Positions 47,440 through 56,316 of a stretch of 64,000 nt of DNA are shown here, one piece after another (position 1 is the stretch's first letter; the number at the start of each line of letters is the position of its first letter). Where the stretch lies: assembly GCA_025965475.1 (NCBI GenBank), contig JAOPWV010000165.1, forward strand, positions 6,307-70,306, read 5' to 3'. The stretch comes from Frankiales bacterium. Its GTDB lineage: Bacteria > Actinomycetota > Actinomycetes > Mycobacteriales > SCTD01. Made by a program: the position numbers and the translations under genes. A model generated the notes under the pieces. The model did not search any database. It was not told where the DNA came from and saw only the letters and a list, made by a program, of their open reading frames with translations.

Positions 47440-49698
47440 TCAGGGACCGAACCAGCCGGACAGGTCCACGACGAGGGCGACCGCGCCGGCCTTGTTGCGC
47501 AGGCGGGCCAGCCCGCCGGCGCCGACACCGACGACGGCGAGGTCCGCGGCCGTCTGGTGGGCGGCCAGGTTGAGGGTGGACACCGTCGGGACCGATCCGT
47601 CCGCCGGCACCGGATAGGCCGCGACGTCGGTCGGGGCGCTCGCGTCGACCCCGGTGATGTTGGCGACGACAGCCGTGGCGCCGCTCGCCGGGACCCCCGC
47701 CACCTGGGTCACCCGCACGTCCCGGGTGCCGCCGGCGCCGAGCCGCTGCGGCGGCTGGACGCGGGTGTCGAGCACCCGTTCCGGTGCGAGCGGGTGGAAG
47801 AGCGAGCCGCCCGGCGCGTCGTCGTACCACCCCGCCAGGTCGGCCAGCAGGTCCACCGTGCCGGCGCTGTTCAGCAGCCGTACGGCGCCACCGGCGCCGA
47901 TCTTGGCGACGACGAGGTTGGGCACCACCTGGCCGGGGCGGAGGTTGAGGTTGCTCACCCGTGGCGGCGGGGTGGCCGCATCCGCCGGCGTACCGAAGAC
48001 CCGTACGTCGGTCGTCGTGGTCGCGCGCAGGGCCGTGACGGTCAGCACGACGGCGGTCGCCGTGGCCGGGACGGCGCGGGGACCGCCGACCACCATCAGG
48101 TCCAGGGACTGACCCGCCGGCAGCGGCGCCACCGGCACGTTGCCGGTCCCGGTGCGGGTGTCGAGGATGCGCACCGGGTCGGTCGGCTGGTAGCCGGACG
48201 CCCCGTCCGGGCCGTACCAGCCCTGGATGTCGACGAGGACGTGCGGTGCCCCGCCGGCGTTGAAGACGCGGACCTTCCCGCCCTCGCCGACCAGGACCGT
48301 GACGAGGTTGGCCCGCTGGTCGCCGGCCGCCAGATTGAGGTTGCTGACCAGCGGCCGGGCCGTCCCGGAGCGCGGGGTCGGGTAGACGCGCAGGTCGGTC
48401 GGCGACGACGGTCCGAGACCGGTCACGTTGAGGACCACGGCGGTCGCCGACGTGGGTACCGCGCCACCGAGGACGCCGACGTCCAGGGCCTTGCCCCGCC
48501 CGAGACGGCCCGACGTACCGCCGGTCCCGTCGCGGGTGTCGAGCAGGCGCACCGGGTCGATCGGCGTGTAGCGGACGCCGACCGGCGCAGGGGTCTGCCA
48601 GCCCATGTCCCCGAACATGCCGAGCACCACCGGGCCGGGATCGTGGATGACCTCGTTCTCCTGGACGAACGGCGTCATCAGGGAGTCCGGGTCACCGGCG
48701 GGGAAGTCGACGTCGGACAGGTGGCTGTAGCTGCTCGCCTCCTCCCATGCCGGCGGTGCGTAGAGCCGGACCGGCCGGCCGCGGTACGCCGCCTTGCCCA
48801 GCGGCCCGTCCCAGTAGACGGCGCCGCTCGTGAGCGCGCCGGCCAGGGCGGTGGAGCCGTTCGGGTAGCTGAGCAGCGCCTTGCCCTGCACGGAGCCGGC
48901 GGACCGGACCGTGAACCGGTCGTAGACGTCCGGGTACGGCGACGCCGTACCCCAGCGGCCGTGCCCGTCGGTATCGACGGTGAGGGAGCCCAGCAGGCCG
49001 AGGCCGTGCCCGAGTTCGTGCAGCACGACCGTCGTGAAGTCGATCTGCCCGGCCGGCGGGTTGCCGTCGGTCCCGTAGTAGACGCCGGGCTCGGTGCTGC
49101 TGAACTCGGCGTCGATGTCAGGACGGGTCGGCGTCAGGTCGCGCCCGGCGAGCGCGTTCGCCAGGGAGATCGGGAAGGCGGTGTCCGCCTTGGCGTTGCC
49201 GTCGGTGTCGAGGATGGCGAAGTCGGTCGGGCCGGCCTGGCCGAGCACGCCGTGGCCGCCGAGGTCGGTGAAGCGCGCGTTCACCACGATGGGGACCGGT
49301 GACGTGATCAGGCCGGCCCAGGTGTCGACCGCCTGCTGGAACGCCGCCCTCGCCTGCGGGTTGGCGTCGAAGCCCGCGTCGTACTGCACCGTCCAGGACG
49401 ACAGCGGCTCGCGGGTCGCGTGCGGCCTGACCCGTCCGGTCTGCCGGGGGAGCACCTTCGTCCCGGCCGGGACGTCCCCTCGTAGGACCTTCACCTTGGG
49501 GGCGTCCACCAGCTGGACCGAGGGGCCGGCCGCGGCGGCGGGGACGCTCGCCGTGACGCCTGCGACGACGGTCGCGGCGAGGACGGCGGCGAGGGCGCCG
49601 AGTCGCCGGGGTCGCCGGGGTCGCCGTGACGGGTCGGGGCGCACTCGGTCTCCAGGGGGTACGCCGGCATGGCCGGGTGCGTGGTGATCTGCGCGCAT
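47440..49698 (-). CDS. Secreted HExxH metallopeptidase-like protein with three C-terminal tandem ~120-aa repeat domains
   Basis: Arg-rich signal SRRPRRPRRLGALAAVLAATVVAGVTASVPAAAAG, then VVLHELGHGLGL. Three repeats each run from P.R.LDTR to (L/I/V).D..GW(Y/F). Start at ATG 49698 (alternative GTG 49644). The rest of the 1316-aa ORF is antisense to serA. Confidence 0.75.
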   Translation of the reverse strand: MRADHHAPGHAGVPPGDRVRPDPSRRPRRPRRLGALAAVLAATVVAGVTASVPAAAAGPSVQLVDAPKVKVLRGDVPAGTKVLPRQTGRVRPHATREPLSSWTVQYDAGFDANPQARAAFQQAVDTWAGLITSPVPIVVNARFTDLGGHGVLGQAGPTDFAILDTDGNAKADTAFPISLANALAGRDLTPTRPDIDAEFSSTEPGVYYGTDGNPPAGQIDFTTVVLHELGHGLGLLGSLTVDTDGHGRWGTASPYPDVYDRFTVRSAGSVQGKALLSYPNGSTALAGALTSGAVYWDGPLGKAAYRGRPVRLYAPPAWEEASSYSHLSDVDFPAGDPDSLMTPFVQENEVIHDPGPVVLGMFGDMGWQTPAPVGVRYTPIDPVRLLDTRDGTGGTSGRLGRGKALDVGVLGGAVPTSATAVVLNVTGLGPSSPTDLRVYPTPRSGTARPLVSNLNLAAGDQRANLVTVLVGEGGKVRVFNAGGAPHVLVDIQGWYGPDGASGYQPTDPVRILDTRTGTGNVPVAPLPAGQSLDLMVVGGPRAVPATATAVVLTVTALRATTTTDVRVFGTPADAATPPPRVSNLNLRPGQVVPNLVVAKIGAGGAVRLLNSAGTVDLLADLAGWYDDAPGGSLFHPLAPERVLDTRVQPPQRLGAGGTRDVRVTQVAGVPASGATAVVANITGVDASAPTDVAAYPVPADGSVPTVSTLNLAAHQTAADLAVVGVGAGGLARLRNKAGAVALVVDLSGWFGP
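47443..48573 (-). repeat. Three tandem protein-level repeats (aa ~376-495, ~503-625, ~634-752 of the secreted protein)
   Basis: Shared pattern: Y/F.P..P.R.LDTR ... G.P..ATAVV.N.T ... TD...Y/F..P ... P..S.LNL ... .NL..V ..G.GG ... .N..G.. .L..D..GW(Y/F). Confidence 0.7.
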
Positions 49699-49767
49699 CC
49701 TGTCAGCCCGCGATCCCGGCCGGCCTCTAGACTCCGGAACCTCAGCCGACCTGTCTCGAGGACCCCT

Positions 49768-51357
49768 GTGACCCAGCCCGTCGTGCTCATCGCCGAAGAG
49801 CTCGCTCCTTCCGTGCTCGCCGTCCTCGGGGACGGTTTCGACATCCGCCATGTGGACGGGTCCGACCGGGCGCAACTGCTGCCGGCGCTCGCCGAGGCGG
49901 ACGCTGTGCTCATCCGCAGCGCGACGCACATCGACGACGAGGCGCTGGCCGCCGCGCCGCGGCTCAAGGTCGTCGCGCGCGCCGGGATCGGGCTCGACAA
50001 TGTGGACGTGCCGGCAGCGACCGCGCGCGGCGTGATGGTCGTCAACGCGCCGCAGTCCAACATCGTCAGCGCCGCCGAGCAGGCCGTCGCACTGCTGCTG
50101 GCCTGCGCGCGCAACATCGCGCCCGCCAACGCGGCCCTCAAGGCCGGCAAATGGGAGCGGTCGAAGTGGACAGGGGTGGAGATCGCCGACAAGACCGTCG
50201 GCGTCGTCGGCCTGGGACGCATCGGCGTGCTGTTCGCCCAGCGCATGTCCGCCTTCGGCACCCGGCTGCTGGCGTACGACCCGTACGTCCAACCGGCCCG
50301 GGCCGCGCAGATCGGCGTCCGCCTCGTCTCGCTCGACGAGCTGCTGCGCGAGAGCGACTTCATCTCGATCCACCTGCCCAAGACGCCGGAGACCGTCGGG
50401 CTGATCGGTGAGAAGGAGCTGGCCTCCTGCAAGGCGGGGGTGCGGTTCGTCAACGCCGCCCGCGGCGGCCTCGTCGACGAGCACGCCCTGGCCCAGGCGA
50501 TCAAGAGCGGCCACGTCGCCGGCGCGGGCATCGACGTCTTCGCGACCGAGCCGTGCACCGACTCGCCGCTGTTCGAGTTCGACAGCGTGGTCGTGTCGCC
50601 GCACCTCGGTGCCTCGACCGTCGAGGCCCAGGACAAGGCGGGCATCGCGGTGGCCCGCTCGGTCAAGCTGGCGCTCGAGGGCGACTTCGTCCCGGACGCC
50701 GTGAACGTCCAGGCCGGCGGTGTCGTCGCCCCCGAGCTGCGTCCCGCGCTGCCGCTGGTGGAGAAGCTGGGCCGGGTGTTCACCGCGCTGGCCGGGCACG
50801 TCGCGGCCAGCCTCGAGGTCGAGGTGCGCGGCGAGATCGCGGCGTACGACGTCTCGGTCCTTCAGCTGGCGGCGCTCAAGGGCATCTTCACGGACGTCGT
50901 CGAGGAGGCGGTGACCTTCGTCAACGCGCCCGCTCTCGCGGCCGACCGCGGCCTGGAGGTCTCGCTCACCACCGACGTGGACAGCCCGGACTACCGCAAC
51001 CTGATCACCGTCCGCGGCGTGCTGCCGACCGGCCAGACCGTGTCGGTCTCCGGGACGTTGAGCGGCACCCGGCAGGTCGAGAAGCTCACCGAGGTGGACG
51101 GCTTCGACGTCGACCTGGTGGCCGCCGAGCACCTGCTGTTCTTCCGCTACGAGGACCAGCCGGGCATCGTCGGCCGGGTCGGCGCGGCACTGGGGGCGGC
51201 GGCCATCAACATCGCCGGCGCCCAGGTGAGCCGCACCGACAAGGGCGGGCACGCGCTCATGGCCCTCACCGTGGACAGCGCGGTCCCGGCCGACGTCCTC
51301 GACGAGATCGCCACGGCCATCGGCGCGACCTCGGCCCGTTCCGTCGACCTCGTCTGA
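49768..51357 (+). CDS. serA: D-3-phosphoglycerate dehydrogenase (long form with ASB and ACT domains)
   Basis: NAD motif VGVVGLGRIGVLFAQR, SIHLPKTPET and a C-terminal ACT region. GTG 49768 gives 529 aa, close to the ~528 aa I recall for mycobacterial SerA1. Confidence 0.9.
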   Translation: MTQPVVLIAEELAPSVLAVLGDGFDIRHVDGSDRAQLLPALAEADAVLIRSATHIDDEALAAAPRLKVVARAGIGLDNVDVPAATARGVMVVNAPQSNIVSAAEQAVALLLACARNIAPANAALKAGKWERSKWTGVEIADKTVGVVGLGRIGVLFAQRMSAFGTRLLAYDPYVQPARAAQIGVRLVSLDELLRESDFISIHLPKTPETVGLIGEKELASCKAGVRFVNAARGGLVDEHALAQAIKSGHVAGAGIDVFATEPCTDSPLFEFDSVVVSPHLGASTVEAQDKAGIAVARSVKLALEGDFVPDAVNVQAGGVVAPELRPALPLVEKLGRVFTALAGHVAASLEVEVRGEIAAYDVSVLQLAALKGIFTDVVEEAVTFVNAPALAADRGLEVSLTTDVDSPDYRNLITVRGVLPTGQTVSVSGTLSGTRQVEKLTEVDGFDVDLVAAEHLLFFRYEDQPGIVGRVGAALGAAAINIAGAQVSRTDKGGHALMALTVDSAVPADVLDEIATAIGATSARSVDLV

Positions 51358-51358
51358 C

Positions 51359-52201
51359 ATGGGCTTCTTCGCCTCGTACGACGGCACCAAGCTCGCCTAC
51401 ACCGAGGTCGGCTCCGGCCCGCGGCTGATCTGCCTGCCGGGCGGTCCGGGCCGCGCGTCGGCGTACCTGGAGGACCTGGGCGGCCTGGCCGAGAACCGCA
51501 CCCTCGTGCTGCTCGACAACCGGGCGACCGGTCACAGCGAGGTACCGGCCGACCCGTCGACGCTCCGCTTCGACCGGCTCGCGGACGACGTCGAGGCGCT
51601 GCGCGAGCACCTCGGTGAGGACCGGCTCGACGTGCTGGCCCACTCGGCGGGTTGTCTGGTGGCGCAGGCCTGGGCCGCGCAGTACCCCGACCGGGTCGGC
51701 ATGCTCGTGCTCGTCACCCCGAGCGGCCGGCTGCAGGGCAACGACCGGACCGACATCCCTGAGCTCGCGGCCGCCCGCCGCGACGAGCCCTGGTACGCCG
51801 AGGCCCGGCAGGCCCTCGAGGCCCTCGAGACGGCGCCGCCCGCCCAGCAGCAGCAGCTCTGGAGGGCCGTGCGGCCGTTCATGTACGGGCGGTGGGACGA
51901 CCGCACCCAGGCGCACGCGGCCACCGCGGAGACGCAGAGCAGCAAGCGGGCCGAGCTCGGGTTCCGGCCGGTCGGCGACGAGGTCGACGTACCGGGCCTG
52001 GTCGCCCGGCTGCGGGACGTGACCGCGCCGGTGCTCGTCGTGGGCGGCGAACGCGACGCGCTGACGGGCGTGGCCGCGGTGCACGCGGTCGCCGGGTCGT
52101 TCCCGCGGGCCGAGACCGTCGTGCTCCCGCGGGCCGGACATTTCCCGTGGGTCGACGAGCCGGTCTCTTTCGTCGCGGCCGTCCGCGGTTTCCTGCGCTG
52201 A
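51359..52201 (+). CDS. Alpha/beta-fold hydrolase
   Basis: GGPGRAS... and VLAHSAGC nucleophile elbow, with late RAGHFPW (catalytic His). Starts 1 nt after the serA stop. Confidence 0.75.
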   Translation: MGFFASYDGTKLAYTEVGSGPRLICLPGGPGRASAYLEDLGGLAENRTLVLLDNRATGHSEVPADPSTLRFDRLADDVEALREHLGEDRLDVLAHSAGCLVAQAWAAQYPDRVGMLVLVTPSGRLQGNDRTDIPELAAARRDEPWYAEARQALEALETAPPAQQQQLWRAVRPFMYGRWDDRTQAHAATAETQSSKRAELGFRPVGDEVDVPGLVARLRDVTAPVLVVGGERDALTGVAAVHAVAGSFPRAETVVLPRAGHFPWVDEPVSFVAAVRGFLR

Positions 52202-52216
52202 GGTAACGTCGGACCC

Positions 52217-52264
52217 ATGACGCGCGCGGGCCTGCTGCTTCTTAGCCGCCGCGGCGGGGTCTGA
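52217..52264 (+). CDS. leuA leader peptide [15 protein letters not shown], apparently leaderless
   Basis: Read by hand: ATG ACG CGC GCG GGC CTG CTG CTT CTT AGC CGC CGC GGC GGG GTC TGA. Four consecutive Leu codons. TAACGT (-10-like) ends 7 nt before the ATG. leuA starts 66 nt downstream of the stop. Confidence 0.45.
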   Translation: MTRAGLLLLSRRGGV

Positions 52265-54031
<1,767 letters not shown>

Positions 54032-54035
54032 ACCA

Positions 54036-54077
54036 TCGTCCCACTGGCTGGGATTCTTCGTCCGGCTGGTGGGACGA
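54036..54077 (+). promoter_or_regulatory. Inverted TCGTCCCAC / GTGGGACGA pair (9-bp stem, 24-nt spacer) between leuA and leuB
   Basis: Read directly. Starts 5 nt after the leuA stop and ends 20 nt before the leuB ATG. Same core box as upstream of ilvB. Confidence 0.4.
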
Positions 54078-54096
54078 CTCGGTAGGCTCCCCCGTC

Positions 54097-55116
54097 ATGA
54101 GCACGCGACTTGCAGTCATCGCCGGAGACGGCATCGGCCCGGAGGTCGTCGCCGAGGGTCTGAAGGTCCTCGACGCGGTCCTCCCCGGCGTGGAGAAGAC
54201 GCCGTACGACCTGGGTGCGGCGGCCTACCACCGCACCGGCGAGGCGCTGCCCGACAGCGTGCTCGAGGAACTACGCGGCTTCGACGCCATCCTGCTCGGC
54301 GCGGTCGGCGACCCCTCGGTGCCGCCGGGCATCCTGGAGCGCGGCCTCCTGCTGCGCCTGCGGTTCGCGCTCGACCACCACGTCAACCTGCGGCCGGTGC
54401 GGCTGTTCCCCGGCGTCACCTCGCCGGTCGGCGACAAGAACATCGACATGGTCGTCGTCCGGGAGGGCACCGAGGGCCCGTACGCCGGCAACGGCGGGCG
54501 GTTCCGTACCGGCACCCCGCACGAGGTGGCCACCGAGGTCAGCATCAACACGGCGTACGGCGTCGAGCGCGTCGTGCGCGACGCGTTCGGCCGGGCCAAG
54601 GCCCGCCCCCGCAAGCACCTGACCGTCGTGCACAAGACGAACGTCCTCGTCCACGCCGGCGGGCTGTGGAAGCGGATCGCCGACGAGGTCGCCGCCGATT
54701 TCCCGGACGTGACCGTGGACTACCAGCACGTCGACGCCGCCGCGATGTTCTTCGTCACCAACCCGGAGCGCTTCGACGTCGTCGTCACCGACAACCTGTT
54801 CGGCGACATCCTCACCGACATCGGTGCGGCCATCGGCGGCGGCATCGGCCTGGCGGCCAGCGGCAACCTCGACGTCAGCCGCACCAACCCGTCGATGTTC
54901 GAGCCGGTGCACGGCAGTGCCCCCGACATCGTCGGCCAGGGCAAGGCCGATCCGACGGCGACCGTGCTCAGCGTCGCGATGCTGCTCGAGCACCTCGGGC
55001 ACGCGGACCTGGCCGGCAAGGTCGAGGCCGCGGTGGCGGAGGACCTGCGCACCCGCGGGACCGCCCCGCGCACCACGACGGAGATCGGCGACGCGCTCGC
55101 CGCCGCCGTCAGCTGA
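54097..55116 (+). CDS. leuB: 3-isopropylmalate dehydrogenase
   Basis: [30 protein letters not shown] and [10 protein letters not shown]. Confidence 0.95.
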   Translation: MSTRLAVIAGDGIGPEVVAEGLKVLDAVLPGVEKTPYDLGAAAYHRTGEALPDSVLEELRGFDAILLGAVGDPSVPPGILERGLLLRLRFALDHHVNLRPVRLFPGVTSPVGDKNIDMVVVREGTEGPYAGNGGRFRTGTPHEVATEVSINTAYGVERVVRDAFGRAKARPRKHLTVVHKTNVLVHAGGLWKRIADEVAADFPDVTVDYQHVDAAAMFFVTNPERFDVVVTDNLFGDILTDIGAAIGGGIGLAASGNLDVSRTNPSMFEPVHGSAPDIVGQGKADPTATVLSVAMLLEHLGHADLAGKVEAAVAEDLRTRGTAPRTTTEIGDALAAAVS

Positions 55117-55182
55117 CCGGTAGCTGCCACGAGGAACCCTTCGCCAAGTACCGTGCGGTGGAGGGATGAGAGGGGACAGGCC

Positions 55183-56262
55183 GTGAAGTTCGAGGTGCAG
55201 CCGACCGGGACGCCGGTGGACGCCGAGGTGAGGGGCGAGGTCCTCGCCAACCCGGCGTTCGGCCGGGTCTTCACCGATCACATGGTGAGCGCGCAGTGGA
55301 ACCGCGAGAAGGGCTGGCACGACGCGCGGCTGGAGCCGTACGCCCCGCTCACCATCGACCCTGCCTCGGTCGTCCTCCACTACGGGCAGGAGGTCTTCGA
55401 GGGGCTGAAGGCCTACCGCCAGCCCGACGGTGGCGTGGCGCTGTTCCGCCCGGAGCGCAACGCGGCGCGCATGGCCGGGTCCTGTGCCCGGCTCGCCCTG
55501 CCCGCGCTGCCCGAGGCGGACTTCGTCGAGGCCTGCGAGCTGCTCGTGCGCACGGACAGCGCCTGGGTGCCGAGCGGCGAGGGGAGCTCGCTCTACCTGC
55601 GCCCGTTCATGTTCGCCGACGAGGTCGGACTCGGCGTCCGGCCCACCGATTCGGCCCGCTTCCTGCTCATCGCCTCGCCGGCCGGCAACTACTTCTCCGG
55701 GCCGCTGCGCCCGGTGTCGCTGTGGCTCTCGCAGGAATTCGTCCGCGCCGCGCCCGGCGGTACCGGTGCGGCCAAGACGGGCGGCAACTACGCCGCGTCG
55801 CTGGTCGCCCAGCAGGAGGCGATCATGAACGGCTGCGACCAGGTGGTGTTCCTCGACGCGGTCGAGCGCCGCTGGGTCGAGGAGCTGGGCGGCATGAACC
55901 TGTTCCTCGTCCAGGACGACGGCACGCTCGTCACGCCGGCGCTGACCGGCACCATCCTCGACGGCATCACCCGCGACTCGGTGATCACGCTGGCCCGCGA
56001 GCTCGGCTACACCGTCGAAGAACGCCGGGTCGACGTCGACGAGTGGCGCAAGGGGGCCTCCGACGGGTCCGTCGTCGAGGCGTTCGCCTGCGGCACGGCC
56101 GCCGTGATCACGCCCATCGGGGCGCTGCGCTGGCCCGGTGGCGAGGCCGTGGCCGGCGACGGTCAGCCCGGCGCCGTCACCACGCAGCTGCGCCAGGCGC
56201 TGCTCGACATCCAGTACGGCCGGACACCGGACACGCACGGGTGGCTGCGCCGGCTGGTCTAG
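55183..56262 (+). CDS. ilvE: Branched-chain amino acid aminotransferase
   Basis: FTDHMV, VLHYGQEVFEGLKAYR, PLP-lysine region GTGAAKTGGNYAASL and CGTAAVITPI. GTG 55183 has a GAGGGGA SD. An in-frame GTG at 55153 is an alternative start. Confidence 0.9.
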   Translation: MKFEVQPTGTPVDAEVRGEVLANPAFGRVFTDHMVSAQWNREKGWHDARLEPYAPLTIDPASVVLHYGQEVFEGLKAYRQPDGGVALFRPERNAARMAGSCARLALPALPEADFVEACELLVRTDSAWVPSGEGSSLYLRPFMFADEVGLGVRPTDSARFLLIASPAGNYFSGPLRPVSLWLSQEFVRAAPGGTGAAKTGGNYAASLVAQQEAIMNGCDQVVFLDAVERRWVEELGGMNLFLVQDDGTLVTPALTGTILDGITRDSVITLARELGYTVEERRVDVDEWRKGASDGSVVEAFACGTAAVITPIGALRWPGGEAVAGDGQPGAVTTQLRQALLDIQYGRTPDTHGWLRRLV

Positions 56263-56316
56263 AGGCGCACCCGATGTGACGTTTTACTCCTCGGCAGTTC
56301 GTGCCGATAGGACGAC

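Noticed and set aside
47440-51390. Single 1316-aa minus-strand ORF
   Set aside because: It is a chimera. Only the part downstream of ATG 49698 looks like a protein (signal peptide, HExxH, repeats). The upstream 560 codons are the stop-free antisense of serA, which has clear dehydrogenase motifs on the plus strand, and they are Arg/Gly/Asp-rich in the way GC-driven antisense frames are.
52246-52257. 12-bp perfect palindrome ccgccgcggcgg inside the leuA leader ORF
   Set aside because: Pure GC low-complexity sequence with no loop. It encodes RRGG and is expected by chance in this composition. I did not treat it as an independent site.
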